A stretch of DNA of 55,050 nt from a virus (IMGVR_UViG_3300025137_005047:1-55050); one strand, 5' to 3'. Positions 18,920-30,080 are shown, numbered from the stretch's first letter. Numbers and translations: made by a program. Notes: a model not told the origin generated them from the letters alone.

Positions 18920-19644
18920 TTATGGCTATAGCAAAGCAAACTAGAGAAAATTACAAGCCGGGTAATAAACCTTTTGTGTGCAAGTATTGTGAAAGAGGTT
19001 TTAGTAGAGAAAAAACATTACTACACCATGTTTGTGAACAAAAACGCAGATGGCAACAAGAAAAAGATAAAGGAGTACAATTAGGACTTCAAGCATATTT
19101 ACGTTTTTATGAAGTTACACAAGGCGGTGATAAAGCAAAAAAGACATATGGCGATTTTGTAAATAGCCAATATTATAATGCCTTTGTTAAATTTGGTAAA
19201 CATATGGTTAGTATAAGTTGTATTAATACATCGGCTTTTATAAACTATGTTATTAATAATAATGTTAAGTTAGATCAATGGTGTCAAGATAAACATTACC
19301 AAGCATATTTAGAACATCATCTTAGAACTGAAACATGGCAAGATGCTATTGCAAGAAGTTTAAAAACTATGGAAAGTTGGGCAGATGAGAATGGTGTACA
19401 TTTACACACTTACTTCTTTGCTTGTAACCCAAACAAAATTTGTAGCCATATTGTTAATGGCAGAGTTAGTAGTTGGGTTATATTTAATTGTGATACAGGT
19501 GTTAACTTTTTAAGTAAACTTAATCCAGAACAATTACAAATTATTTACAGTTACATTGATCCAGACTTTTGGAGAAGATATTTTGTAAAGTTTCATCAAG
19601 AAACGGCAATAGTAAAAGACGCACTAAAAGAGGCAAAATTATGA
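18910..19644 (+). CDS. C2H2-like zinc-finger protein
   Basis: FVCKYCERGF.....L.HHVC; coupled (ATGA) to mini-DnaE. Confidence 0.65.
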   Translation: MDVIMAIAKQTRENYKPGNKPFVCKYCERGFSREKTLLHHVCEQKRRWQQEKDKGVQLGLQAYLRFYEVTQGGDKAKKTYGDFVNSQYYNAFVKFGKHMVSISCINTSAFINYVINNNVKLDQWCQDKHYQAYLEHHLRTETWQDAIARSLKTMESWADENGVHLHTYFFACNPNKICSHIVNGRVSSWVIFNCDTGVNFLSKLNPEQLQIIYSYIDPDFWRRYFVKFHQETAIVKDALKEAKL

Positions 19645-20222
19645 GTCACAGATTACCAGACATCGATATAGATTTTGGAGACAGAGAACGTGCATTAAGT
19701 GTGATGCCCGGTGTAACGGCGTCTATAAGCGAACACGGGGTCACTAAAAAGCATAATACAGGAGTATACTATACAAAGATTCCTGTTGATCCAGTTACTG
19801 GTATGAGTACGTTAGATTATAAAATAGCAGAAGATAGAGGTTACTTTAAATTAGATTTACTTAATGTAGCAGTGTATCAAAAAGTAAAAGACGAAGAACA
19901 TTTAAATAGATTAATTAAGCAAGAACCGTTATGGGAACTGCTTTGGAAAAGTAAAGAATTTTGTGAACAAGTTATCCATGTTGGTAACTATCACGAACTA
20001 ATTAAAAAGATGAAACCTGATAGTATACCTAGAATGGCAATGCTATTAAGTATCATAAGACCAGGTAAAGCAAAACTACAAGGTAAGTCCTGGAAAGAAG
20101 TATCGGAAGATGTTTGGAAAAAGCCAGAAGGAGATGCATATTACTTTAAAAAAGCCCATGCAGTTGCATATGCTCATTTAGTATCTATACACATAAATTT
20201 ACTATGCGAGGATTATAAATAA
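19641..20222 (+). CDS. Miniature family-C DNA polymerase (DnaE catalytic core), ~193 aa
   Basis: [37 protein letters not shown]; start at ATG 19641. Confidence 0.8.
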   Translation: MSHRLPDIDIDFGDRERALSVMPGVTASISEHGVTKKHNTGVYYTKIPVDPVTGMSTLDYKIAEDRGYFKLDLLNVAVYQKVKDEEHLNRLIKQEPLWELLWKSKEFCEQVIHVGNYHELIKKMKPDSIPRMAMLLSIIRPGKAKLQGKSWKEVSEDVWKKPEGDAYYFKKAHAVAYAHLVSIHINLLCEDYK

Positions 20223-20226
20223 ATTT

Positions 20227-20586
20227 ATGACATATCTCGTAGATGACAAATGTATCAAATGTAGATTTACTGACTGTGTAGAAGTTTGTCCTGTGGACTG
20301 TTTTTACCTTGGAGAAAATTCTATAGCAATTAACCCAGACGAATGTATTGACTGTGGAGTATGTGAACCAGAGTGTCCAGCAGGTGCCATTAGAGCAGAT
20401 AGTGACTTTGAAGATACTGAACTAGCATACTGGATGAAAATTAATACAGATATGTCTGAAAAGTGGCCCAACATAACAGAAAAAATTGATCAACTAGAAG
20501 ATGCTGATAAGTTTAATCCAAAAGAAAATCCAGATGTTGGTGATAAGAGAGAAGAATTAAGTTTAGAACCTGGTGAAGTAGATTAA
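20227..20586 (+). CDS. fdxA: 7Fe ferredoxin
   Basis: MTYLV...[39 protein letters not shown]. Confidence 0.9.
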   Translation: MTYLVDDKCIKCRFTDCVEVCPVDCFYLGENSIAINPDECIDCGVCEPECPAGAIRADSDFEDTELAYWMKINTDMSEKWPNITEKIDQLEDADKFNPKENPDVGDKREELSLEPGEVD

Positions 20587-20957
20587 TCTACTCTTTTAAC
20601 CAATTGTATACTTCTACGTTTTGTTCTTTTTTTAGATAGTTCGTTTAAACTTACTTGAGGACCGGCTAAAACATTACAGTCTTTACTAACAAAAGTTGTT
20701 AGATATGGTCTGAACATAAACCATTCTTCTTTAAGAAATATGTTAATTGGAATCATTCTATTTGATTCCCACCACCAACTTTCTGCAGAAGTTAAAAACT
20801 GTTTTTTAAGTTCTATGTCTTGAATTTTTTCATAATCATAGAAACTGGTACAATGGGAATCACGGTTTTGTATGATACCGATATATTCCTTCTGACCATA
20901 GTTTATATGGCTTAAAAAGGGGTATTCTTTAAGTAGTTTTTCTAATAGCTCGTCCAT
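20583..20957 (-). CDS. Conserved phage hypothetical protein
   Basis: Probable start MDELL; [27 protein letters not shown]. Confidence 0.65.
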   Translation of the reverse strand: MDELLEKLLKEYPFLSHINYGQKEYIGIIQNRDSHCTSFYDYEKIQDIELKKQFLTSAESWWWESNRMIPINIFLKEEWFMFRPYLTTFVSKDCNVLAGPQVSLNELSKKRTKRRSIQLVKRVD

Positions 20958-20970
20958 AGGTCTCTTTTTA

Positions 20971-20978
20971 TATAAATA
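20971..20978 (+). promoter_or_regulatory. T4-type late promoter TATAAATA
   Basis: Exact T4 gp55 consensus 26 nt before a structural-like gene. Confidence 0.55.
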
Positions 20979-21003
20979 CAATGTATGTGGAAACAAAAAT
21001 ACT

Positions 21004-21786
21004 ATGCAAAAATTATTTGGATATTTAACAAATCAGAACTTATCAGTTGTATACTCCCCAGATGCAACTGTGGAAAATAGGAATAAAAAAGTGTACTCAC
21101 GTCCCTTAAAAGCATATAGAGGAATTAAAAACACTCTACAACTACAACTGAAAGATTCAGATCAAAAACCCGTTGTCATTACTGGCAAAACTTTTGTTTT
21201 TAATATTTTAAATCCTTCTACATATGTAGTTATCCTTTCTAAAACCGGCACCATATCAAATGCGAATCTAGGTAAGGTCAATTTTGAATTATCTGATTCT
21301 GATTTAAGAAACACTGATGCAAATATGTATACTTACAGTGTACACGAATTAAATGCAGATAGTACAAGAACTATAGTATTTGGTGGAGACAATTACGACG
21401 CTGGTGGTACTATTGAAATAATTGATGGCGTTTATAATGAGTTCAGAAAATCTGCAGAATTAAAAATTTTATCAGATGTAGTTGGAACAGGTACAGAAAC
21501 AACAAGGTATACTAGTGCCGCTAACGCATATCCAGAATTAAATCAAAATAAAGCACTTCATACGGCTCAATACTATCTAGACGGTTATACAGGAACAATT
21601 ACAGTTGAAGGAACCATGGATCCAGTAACAGATATACTAAATGCTAACTTTTTCGATGTTACTTCTAATACATATACGTCTAAAACAGGCAATGAATACG
21701 CGACTTTTAGCGGTGTCTTTACTGCAATTAGAATAAAAGACAAAAAAACCTTCGGAACCTTAACAAAAGTCTTGTATCGTTCGTAG
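21004..21786 (+). CDS. Putative virion structural protein (BppU-like beta-sandwich)
   Basis: Thr/Gly-rich beta-strand pattern, preceded by late promoter. Confidence 0.45.
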   Translation: MQKLFGYLTNQNLSVVYSPDATVENRNKKVYSRPLKAYRGIKNTLQLQLKDSDQKPVVITGKTFVFNILNPSTYVVILSKTGTISNANLGKVNFELSDSDLRNTDANMYTYSVHELNADSTRTIVFGGDNYDAGGTIEIIDGVYNEFRKSAELKILSDVVGTGTETTRYTSAANAYPELNQNKALHTAQYYLDGYTGTITVEGTMDPVTDILNANFFDVTSNTYTSKTGNEYATFSGVFTAIRIKDKKTFGTLTKVLYRS

Positions 21787-21807
21787 TTTTGTGCTATAAT
21801 AAGCACT

Positions 21808-22818
21808 ATGCAAAATATAATTTACGAAACAATTACAGGTTTACTACCTTCTAGAAAGAAAACTAGTCCTAGTGGCTGGGTAAGTTTTAGTGGCCCGTGT
21901 TGTGTACACAATGGTGAGTCTCAAGATAAAAGAGGCAGAGCAGGAATAACAGGCGCCGGAGATGGTGTTGTAAGTTATCACTGTTTTAATTGTGGATTTA
22001 AAACACATTGGAAACCTGGATGGCATCTTACATACAAAGTAAGAAAACTTTTAGAATGGTTAGGTGCTGACGAACGTACTATTAAAGGTTTGCAGATTGA
22101 AGCATTACGATTAAAAGAGTATGCACAAGAACAAGGTGAAGTCGAAGAATACGAAGAAGTAGAATTTAAAGAAGAAACTTTTCCTACAGATTCAGAGACA
22201 CTAATACATTGGATTCATAATCCAGGTAAACATGAAGTACAAATTGCGGCAGTGGCAGAGTATGCCATTGCAAGAGGACTAGAAAATAATTTACATGAAT
22301 TAAGATGGTCACCGAGTAGAGCTGGAAATTTAAATCAACGATTGATTATTCCGTTTTTTTATAAAAAGAAATTTGTTGGTTATACTGCAAGAGCAATTAA
22401 TAATAACATACAACCTAAATATATGAACCATATGCAACCGGGTTATGTGTATAATATTGATGAACAAAACAAGGACAGAAAGATAACAATAGTTACAGAA
22501 GGTCCAATTGATGCTTTAAAAATTGGCGGTGTTGGAATAAACAGTAATATGATTAACGATACTCAAGCGGATTTACTTGACTCTTTAGGAAAAGATGTTA
22601 TAGTAATACCAGACCAAGACAATGCAGGAAGTAAAGTAATTGATACTGCATTAGAATATGGGTGGAGTGTTGCATTTCCGGATTGGGAAAATAATGTTAA
22701 AGATGTTAGTGATGCAGTTGACAAATATGGAAAGTTATATGCATTATGGAGTATTATAAACACTGCACAAAGTAGTAAAATAAAAATCGAACTTATGAGG
22801 AAGAAACTTGGCAACTGA
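21808..22818 (+). CDS. DNA primase (gp61-like)
   Basis: Zn-binding CC.H...CFNCG; TOPRIM TEGPIDA, PDQDNAG, KDVSDA. Confidence 0.85.
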   Translation: MQNIIYETITGLLPSRKKTSPSGWVSFSGPCCVHNGESQDKRGRAGITGAGDGVVSYHCFNCGFKTHWKPGWHLTYKVRKLLEWLGADERTIKGLQIEALRLKEYAQEQGEVEEYEEVEFKEETFPTDSETLIHWIHNPGKHEVQIAAVAEYAIARGLENNLHELRWSPSRAGNLNQRLIIPFFYKKKFVGYTARAINNNIQPKYMNHMQPGYVYNIDEQNKDRKITIVTEGPIDALKIGGVGINSNMINDTQADLLDSLGKDVIVIPDQDNAGSKVIDTALEYGWSVAFPDWENNVKDVSDAVDKYGKLYALWSIINTAQSSKIKIELMRKKLGN

Positions 22819-24202
22819 ATATACAATAGACCTACAAAGATTATTCTTAGAAATGATGCTTAATGATGCGGAATCTTATGTCCGTGTGCAAAACATCTTT
22901 AATAGTGAAAATTTTGATAAGAGTCTTAAAGAGTCGGCGAAGTTTATTGAAAAACATACAGCCGAATATAGTACAATGCCTACAATAGATCAGGTAAATG
23001 CGTCTACAGGCAGTAAACTTAAACCAGTTAAAGAAATTAACGATGGTCATTATGAATGGTTTATGGCTGAATTTGAATCGTTTACTAGGAGACAAGAACT
23101 AGAACGTGCAATTTTAAAAAGTGCAGACTTATTAGAAAAAGGTACATATGATCCTGTAGAGAAATTGATTAAAGACGCAGTACAAATAAGTTTAACAAAA
23201 GACTTAGGTATAGAGTATTGGGAAGATCCTAGAGCAAGACTTATGGCTCTTAAAGATAACAATGGACAAGTAAGCACAGGTTGGCCCGCATTAGATAGAA
23301 AGTTATTTGGTGGATTCAACAGAGGCGAACTTAATATCTTTGCAGGTGGTAGTGGGTCTGGTAAGAGTTTGTTTATGCAGAATCTAGCAGTTAACTGGAC
23401 TATGGCAGGACTTAATGGCGTATATCTAACACTTGAATTAAGTGAAGGGTTATGTGCTATGCGACTAGATAGTATGGTTACTGATATTCCAAGTAAAGAT
23501 ATCTTTAAAGATTTAGATACTTTAGAAATGAAAATTGGAATGACTGGTAAAAAAGCAGGAAGTTTGCGAATTAAATATATGCCAGCACAAAGTAATATTA
23601 ACGACATTAGAGCATACATAAAAGAACTACAAATAAAAATTGGTAAAAGATTAGACTATATCTGTGTTGATTATCTAGACTTGTTAATGCCAGTTAGTGC
23701 AAAAGTTAGTCCTAATGATCAATTTATTAAAGACAAGTATGTTAGTGAAGAACTGCGTAATCTTGCAAAAGAGATGGACTTTATTATGGTAACTGCTTCG
23801 CAGTTAAACAGAGCGGCAGTTGAAGAAATTGAATTTGACCATTCTCATATTGCAGGTGGTATTAGTAAAATTAATACTGCTGACAATGTTATTGGTATTT
23901 TTACTAGTAGAGCTATGCGTGAACGTGGTAGATATCAAATACAATTTATGAAAACAAGAAGTAGTAGTGGTGTAGGTATGAAAGTAGACTTAGAGTTTGA
24001 TAATAACAGTCTGCGTATTAGAGACCTAGGTGATGAAGCAGAAACTGAATACAAGAAGACTGAAAATAGAAGTAATGATGTAATGAATAAGATTAAAGCA
24101 TCTTCAGAATTTAAGCCAGCAGACGAACAACCTGAAAAGGTAGTCCGTGCTGACGTTCAGTCGCATAAACTAAATGATATGCTTAAGAACTTAAAAACTT
24201 AA
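22808..24202 (+). CDS. Replicative DnaB-like helicase (gp41-like)
   Basis: GGSGSGKS, TLELSE, VDYLDL, TASQLNR, KTRSS. Confidence 0.9.
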   Translation: MATEYTIDLQRLFLEMMLNDAESYVRVQNIFNSENFDKSLKESAKFIEKHTAEYSTMPTIDQVNASTGSKLKPVKEINDGHYEWFMAEFESFTRRQELERAILKSADLLEKGTYDPVEKLIKDAVQISLTKDLGIEYWEDPRARLMALKDNNGQVSTGWPALDRKLFGGFNRGELNIFAGGSGSGKSLFMQNLAVNWTMAGLNGVYLTLELSEGLCAMRLDSMVTDIPSKDIFKDLDTLEMKIGMTGKKAGSLRIKYMPAQSNINDIRAYIKELQIKIGKRLDYICVDYLDLLMPVSAKVSPNDQFIKDKYVSEELRNLAKEMDFIMVTASQLNRAAVEEIEFDHSHIAGGISKINTADNVIGIFTSRAMRERGRYQIQFMKTRSSSGVGMKVDLEFDNNSLRIRDLGDEAETEYKKTENRSNDVMNKIKASSEFKPADEQPEKVVRADVQSHKLNDMLKNLKT

Positions 24203-24956
24203 TTTTAGGGTGTACTTTATTAGATATCTTAAAACTTTTATCTAATTTTGAATGGTAGTCACTAACACTGTGGTCAAACACACCATCAAAGAATTGTAAT
24301 TTTTTCCAAGCAGACCATCTTCCTCTAAATCTGTCTTTTATACGTTGCCATGTACTTAATCCGTTACGAACGTTTCCGTAATGATTTAAATAATGCATTT
24401 TACCGTAGTGTCTAAAACCAAATAAAGCAGGTGGTACTCTCGTTACAGTATCGTTATTATTAACCCAACGACAATGTTTAAATTTAAGGCTTGATATGAA
24501 CTTTTTATTACCAACACGTGGAGAACCATATGTATATAAACACATATTTTCAAACTTGTCTTGTAGTCTTGCGGCACAGATAGTTGCCATTGCGGCACCT
24601 AAACTATGACCAGATATAGTACATTCTTTTCCTTCATGTTTGGCTACAAATTCTTGTATTTTGGGCCAAAGTTTTTCAATTTCGTCGTAAAATCCGCTAT
24701 GTACTCTTCCAGCAACATCGCTCTTATTTTTCCATGTTTTAAGATCAGCAATTATATCACTGGGTTGACTTGGTTCTGTTCCCCTAAAAACAATCGTAAT
24801 AAGGTCCTTATTGGCGAGCAAATATGCTTGAGCTCCATCAATATTCAAAAAATCAACGTTTTTGTACCCTATTTTTTTAAAAGATGCTTCTAGAATTGGA
24901 GTCAGATTCTTATATGCAAGTGCTGAAAGCATGGCATGATGTGAATCGTAGTTCAT
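24183..24956 (-). CDS. Lipase class 3 (alpha/beta hydrolase)
   Basis: FRGTE, VHSGF, GHSLG, YGSPRVG, NNDTVTRVP, DH. Confidence 0.9.
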   Translation of the reverse strand: MNYDSHHAMLSALAYKNLTPILEASFKKIGYKNVDFLNIDGAQAYLLANKDLITIVFRGTEPSQPSDIIADLKTWKNKSDVAGRVHSGFYDEIEKLWPKIQEFVAKHEGKECTISGHSLGAAMATICAARLQDKFENMCLYTYGSPRVGNKKFISSLKFKHCRWVNNNDTVTRVPPALFGFRHYGKMHYLNHYGNVRNGLSTWQRIKDRFRGRWSAWKKLQFFDGVFDHSVSDYHSKLDKSFKISNKVHPKIKFLSS

Positions 24957-25045
24957 ATTTTAATCCCCTATTAATAGTTAGTATTGTAATATGTATTTAA
25001 CCAAATTTTTTAAATAAATAACATATAGTACGGAGAAAAATACTC

Positions 25046-25288
25046 ATGCATAATAAACATCGTAGATTATTAGAAGAATTAGACAGCATTTCTTTACCAA
25101 GAGATCGAGTACATTTAATAGAGTCTAGAGCTCAGCATATTATCGCTGGTGCAACGAATCTAATTAACTTAATTAAAGAGACCTACGATGATGGTATGGC
25201 TGAGGAATTAGAGCGAAAACTACTATTAGCAATTAAACGTCAAGATCCTACGAAGTTTAACAACGGTTTAAAGAAGATAAAAAAATGA
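25046..25288 (+). CDS. Conserved hypothetical protein, first gene of late block
   Basis: GGAG RBS; TAAATA upstream. Confidence 0.65.
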   Translation: MHNKHRRLLEELDSISLPRDRVHLIESRAQHIIAGATNLINLIKETYDDGMAEELERKLLLAIKRQDPTKFNNGLKKIKK

Positions 25289-25845
25289 GAATAGATGAAA
25301 TCGCAGGGTTTGAAAAACCTGATATACAAAAAAAATTAGCAGATGTTAAAGCCAAAGAGCAAGAATTAAAAGTACTTGCTAACAAAACTAAACAAATGTA
25401 TACTAAAGCACTTGCAAACTACGAAGAGGTAGAAAGCAAGAATGCAGAGAAATTTGACACAGATCCATTTAATTCATTTAATGGCTGGTTCACTCATATG
25501 TTTAAGGCAGACGTTTCTAAACTATTTGCTATACCTAACCTACAAATTCAAGACAACAATATTAAAAAGTTAGGTAAATTAATTATTGCATATGCAAGTC
25601 AAAACTATTTTTTAAAGCCTAAGACTCCTTTTGCAGGAGCAGATACATTTTTAAAGATTTGTAAAGCCGTTGATTCAAATTTACTAACAATGGCGGATCA
25701 GGTATTAGGAAGATTTGTAAGAGGTGAAGAAGCAAAAAACCCAACACCAGTACCTAATGATATGAAAGCAGTAATACAGAATTTAACTCCGGAACAAAAG
25801 AAACAATTAAACGATTTAATAAGTAAAGCCGGTGGAAAAGCATAA
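25285..25845 (+). CDS. Putative capsid-internal protein
   Basis: N-terminus MRIDEI, shared motif of the block. Confidence 0.5.
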   Translation: MRIDEIAGFEKPDIQKKLADVKAKEQELKVLANKTKQMYTKALANYEEVESKNAEKFDTDPFNSFNGWFTHMFKADVSKLFAIPNLQIQDNNIKKLGKLIIAYASQNYFLKPKTPFAGADTFLKICKAVDSNLLTMADQVLGRFVRGEEAKNPTPVPNDMKAVIQNLTPEQKKQLNDLISKAGGKA

Positions 25846-28124
25846 TGAAATTAAATGAAGTAAAACATGAATATAAGTCAAAGCAATATTTGGCAGAAAG
25901 TTGGAGTTATCTAACTGAAGCACAACAAGTATATGTTGGCTCTTGGGAAAAGAAAGTTTGGCCTCTAGTTGAAAACTATAGCAAACTATTTGAAGCAGAA
26001 CTTACACCAGACCAAATTAATGGTTTATTTAAAAAAGCAGAACAAACTGCTACACAAAGCGGAACTAATCAAACTGTTTTAGGTAAAGCAGGAAAAATTA
26101 GTGGACAAATTGCTAGTAAATTAAAAGTAGAAATTGAAAAATTAGCCAAACAAGCACAAGATTCAAAACCAATACAAAATGTTGATAATGCATTTGATGG
26201 ACTAAGAACACAAATTGCACAATCAATTGGCAAAGGCCCAGGCGGACAGAGTATTTTATCAATAGTTGATAAATGGAAAAACTATGTAAAAGAAAATCCA
26301 GCCAAAGGTGCATTTGTAATTGCGGCAATGACATCATCATTAGCATTCGCAAGTGGTGGTATTGTTTCGGGTATGGCAATTGGTTTCTTTCTTAAATTAG
26401 CAAACAATATTTTAACAGGTGACAAATTAAGTAGTGCAGTTGCAAAAACTGGAAAACAAATAGCCATTGGTGCTATTGCAGGTGGACTTGGAAAAGTAAT
26501 TGCCGATGCGGCGGCAGATTTATTTCCAGCAGAAGTTACAGATTTATTTACAAGTGCAGATGGGCAAACAATTAGTTTAGATAATGTTGATGCCATGAAT
26601 ATGACACCGGAGACGATAACACCTGAAGCAGTAAAAGAATTATTACAGACTAGAAATGCATTTATTGGACTAGCAAGAGATTTAGCCGGACAAGATGCTG
26701 AAGCCCAAACAGCCATTTTGGACCAAGTTAGAGAAATTAACGATAAAATATTTGAACTATCGCCAGACGGATCAACAGCCGACCAAGCCGCTATTAATTT
26801 AGCCAATGCAAACGGTGTTGTAGGTGATGGTATAGATTTAGAAACACAAACAGTAAAAACTGGAACTGATGTTGATCCTGATGGTGATGGAATGGATATC
26901 ACGGATAGTGAAGTCGTAAAAGAGATACCGATAGAACAAGTACAAGCGGCTGGTTTAGATTATGCTACACAACCTCCAATAAGTGACGAGTTTAGAGAAT
27001 TTTTAGAAGACAAAGGTTTAAATGTAGACGAAGTACAAGCACAGGTTGGATTTGATAAAGCATATGATGACCAATCATTTATGGGTATTAATGTTGGCGG
27101 AGAAACGACTTCTGGAGTATTCTCAGGCGGACTCCCAGATGGCATTGAAGTACCAAAAGAAATAGATATTCCACCTGGACTTAAAGTAGGTGAAACTTTT
27201 ACAAACGAAATTGAATCTGGATTTGACGGTATTGAAGGACCATTGAGAGTTGATAGTACATTTAGACTTGTTAGTGTTGATGCTGATGGAAACGAAGTTT
27301 ACCAAACAGTACGGACTACAATGTCTCCAAAAAACTTAATGGATTTTTCTGCTATTGACAAATTATCAGAAGCAGACCAAGATCAATTTATGAAATTTAT
27401 GGATCAGTATACTGGTTCAGGATATTCTAATACAGGTAGTGTTGAAGAAATTGCTGACGCATTTAATCAAAATGTAGCACAAGGTATAGGTGGAGCAATA
27501 TCAGTATTTGCTCTTTCTGCCGCGGCGGCGAAAAAAGCAGAACAAGATAAAAATGAAAGCAGAATTCAAAACGTAGAAAACGTATTAATGGAAAAATACC
27601 TTGAAGAAGGTCCAGCCTTAGATGCTATGAAAAAAGCGGCTATGGCAACTGTTAAAGGTGTTGGTACTGTGGCAGACAAAGCCGTTGGTGGTGTTACAGC
27701 CGTTGGATTAAAAGCGGCAACAAAGGCAATTCAAACTGGTAAAGCAGTAGCACACGAAGTAGGTAACAAAGTTACTGTTAAAAAATTACAAACTGCTTGG
27801 ACAAAAGCAGGCAAACCTACACAAATTGCAGGCGTAGTACAAGTATTACAACAAGCAGGTATGGATGACCAACAAATTGGTTTACTTAATAAAGAAGTTG
27901 ATATAGACTTAACTGCTAAAGCAGATCCAAAAGCAGATGCAAAAGCAGATCCAAAAGCAACCGATGACGCACAAACTGATAAAAATAAAGATGGCAAAGA
28001 TGATAAAACAGGAATGGATATGAAAAACTTTGTCGATGTTGAAGCACTAGCAAAAATTATTAGAGCAAATGACTTAGATGACGAAGTAAAAGTTATACTT
28101 GCTAAAAGTATGAAGGCGGCATAA
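25845..28124 (+). CDS. Large putative internal/ejection protein
   Basis: MKLNEV start, several LxE sites, hydrophobic Gly/Ala helices, acidic middle, KADP/KADA repeats. Confidence 0.5.
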   Translation: MKLNEVKHEYKSKQYLAESWSYLTEAQQVYVGSWEKKVWPLVENYSKLFEAELTPDQINGLFKKAEQTATQSGTNQTVLGKAGKISGQIASKLKVEIEKLAKQAQDSKPIQNVDNAFDGLRTQIAQSIGKGPGGQSILSIVDKWKNYVKENPAKGAFVIAAMTSSLAFASGGIVSGMAIGFFLKLANNILTGDKLSSAVAKTGKQIAIGAIAGGLGKVIADAAADLFPAEVTDLFTSADGQTISLDNVDAMNMTPETITPEAVKELLQTRNAFIGLARDLAGQDAEAQTAILDQVREINDKIFELSPDGSTADQAAINLANANGVVGDGIDLETQTVKTGTDVDPDGDGMDITDSEVVKEIPIEQVQAAGLDYATQPPISDEFREFLEDKGLNVDEVQAQVGFDKAYDDQSFMGINVGGETTSGVFSGGLPDGIEVPKEIDIPPGLKVGETFTNEIESGFDGIEGPLRVDSTFRLVSVDADGNEVYQTVRTTMSPKNLMDFSAIDKLSEADQDQFMKFMDQYTGSGYSNTGSVEEIADAFNQNVAQGIGGAISVFALSAAAAKKAEQDKNESRIQNVENVLMEKYLEEGPALDAMKKAAMATVKGVGTVADKAVGGVTAVGLKAATKAIQTGKAVAHEVGNKVTVKKLQTAWTKAGKPTQIAGVVQVLQQAGMDDQQIGLLNKEVDIDLTAKADPKADAKADPKATDDAQTDKNKDGKDDKTGMDMKNFVDVEALAKIIRANDLDDEVKVILAKSMKAA

Positions 28125-29380
28125 TGTTAATAAACGAAATTTTTATTCCTAAAACACATAGTTGGAAATTACTTGAAGCGGCTGAAGGTAAAAACACACA
28201 CCTTGAGCATATTGAAGATTTAATTTTTAACGAAGGTTATAAAGGAGCCATTAGAGCATTTGATTATTTAGATGCAGTTAAAGGATTACTAGAAGGCGGA
28301 GATCCGGAAGGTAAAGTAACTGTTAAGTGGGACGGTGCTCCTGCTATAGTTTGCGGAGTTGATCCAGAAGATAGTAAATTTTTTGTAGGTACTAAATCGG
28401 TGTTTAATACAACAACACCTAAAGCGGCTAAATCAGTTGCACAAATTAAAGAATGGTATGCTGAACAACCTACGTTAGCAAATAAATTAATTTTAGCCTT
28501 ACAACTATTACCTAAATTAGGAATAGGTACAGTAGTACAAGGTGATTTTTTGTTTGGACAAGGAGATGTCGAAACAGATACAGTTGGTGACGACGAATGT
28601 TATACGTTTACTCCTAACACTATTACATATGCAGTTCCAGTGAATAGTGCTATAGGTAAACGTGTCGCGAAAGCAAAGATTGGTATAGTATTTCATACAG
28701 AATATACAGGTGCTACATTGGGTGAGATGACTGCAAGTTTTGGGTACAGTGTTAGAGGTTTGAAAGAAACCTCAGATGTATGGTATGATGACGCTAATTA
28801 TAAAGACGTTTCAGGAATTGCAACACTAACTGCAAGTGAAGAAAAGGGTATAGACGACACTATTGCAACAGGACGTACTACACTTAAAAAAGTAGGTACT
28901 CAAATGGATGCAGTATTACAGGCAGAATTTGCAAAGTTTATTAAACCTTTTATTAACAACAATGTAAGAGCTGGTGAACAAGTTGGTGAACCTATGAAGT
29001 TTTTAGAAAACTTTATGAATTACTACACTGACAAAATGAATAAAGAAATTGAAAAATTAAAAGGCGGTGCAGAAAGTCCTGCGGCACAAAAACGTATAGA
29101 AAAAATTGAACAACAAAAGAAATTTTTGGCAGACAATAGTAATACGTTGCTCTTGACACTAGCAGTATATCGTCGTATAATAAGTGCTAAATTAATGTTA
29201 ATTAAAAAGTTAAGTAACGTAGATAAAATTGGTACATTCGTTAAAACTGATACAGGATACAAAGTTACAAATCATGAAGGTTTTGTAGCATTTGGAGTAG
29301 ACGGTGGAGCAGTTAAACTTAACGATAGAATGGAATTTAATGCTTTAAATTTCGCGGCAACTAAGACTTGGAGTAAGTAA
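28124..29380 (+). CDS. Conserved T4-like protein with KxDG ligase-type nucleotidyltransferase motif (DUF6267-like)
   Basis: KNTHLEHIED, TVKWDGAPA, GTKS, QGDFLF, HEGFV, VKLNDR. Confidence 0.6.
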   Translation: MLINEIFIPKTHSWKLLEAAEGKNTHLEHIEDLIFNEGYKGAIRAFDYLDAVKGLLEGGDPEGKVTVKWDGAPAIVCGVDPEDSKFFVGTKSVFNTTTPKAAKSVAQIKEWYAEQPTLANKLILALQLLPKLGIGTVVQGDFLFGQGDVETDTVGDDECYTFTPNTITYAVPVNSAIGKRVAKAKIGIVFHTEYTGATLGEMTASFGYSVRGLKETSDVWYDDANYKDVSGIATLTASEEKGIDDTIATGRTTLKKVGTQMDAVLQAEFAKFIKPFINNNVRAGEQVGEPMKFLENFMNYYTDKMNKEIEKLKGGAESPAAQKRIEKIEQQKKFLADNSNTLLLTLAVYRRIISAKLMLIKKLSNVDKIGTFVKTDTGYKVTNHEGFVAFGVDGGAVKLNDRMEFNALNFAATKTWSK

Positions 29381-30058
29381 ATGGCTATGGAATTTATTAA
29401 TGATGAACTTGCAGAAGCACGTTTATTCAGAAGTCCTAAACAGTTCGTTACTACTAACGGTTCTGATATAGCGGCTAATGTATACGCACACTTATTAGGT
29501 GTACAGGCTATGCGTTATACTGATCCTGGTCAAGCAAGTACATACGCAAGAAATACATTAAAGTTTAGTGGCTTTGATGGTGTTAGAGCAGGCGGTACAG
29601 ATTTACATAATTTAATTGCAGGGTTAGAACGCAAAGGTGGATACAATATTCCTACTGCACAAATTAAAAGATATTTAAAAAATGTTCAAAACGGTGTAGT
29701 AGATACTGCACTAGATAGACGAACAATGATGGCAGTTGAACGTGGACTATCAATTAGAGATAGTAAACTAACTTCAATGAGACGTATTATTTCAGATTGG
29801 CCTCGTGCTTTACCTAACGAACAAAAAGCAGGTGCAACACGTTTAGGCTTTATGCTTAATCATTATGCTAAAGGAAGTGATTTAGCCGGACCTTACAATA
29901 AAAGTGTAAGAGGTATTGCGGCTCCTAAAGCCAAAAGTCCTTACAATTCTGCATTAACTTGGGCGGCAGTGGCGGCTGGTGCAGTTATAGGTTACAAAGC
30001 AATAAGAAATAAAAATATAGCAAACGTTCACAAAAATTACAAGATTAAAAAAGCATAA
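29381..30058 (+). CDS. Putative internal protein with C-terminal hydrophobic helix
   Basis: MEFINDELAE start; WAAVAAGAVIG near C-terminus. Confidence 0.5.
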   Translation: MAMEFINDELAEARLFRSPKQFVTTNGSDIAANVYAHLLGVQAMRYTDPGQASTYARNTLKFSGFDGVRAGGTDLHNLIAGLERKGGYNIPTAQIKRYLKNVQNGVVDTALDRRTMMAVERGLSIRDSKLTSMRRIISDWPRALPNEQKAGATRLGFMLNHYAKGSDLAGPYNKSVRGIAAPKAKSPYNSALTWAAVAAGAVIGYKAIRNKNIANVHKNYKIKKA

Positions 30059-30080
30059 AAAGACCATAGTTAAAAGTTAG

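Noticed and set aside
27917-27960. AAAGCAGATCCA/GCA tandem repeat
   Set aside because: It encodes a low-complexity KADP/KADA linker; no independent DNA-level function is evident.
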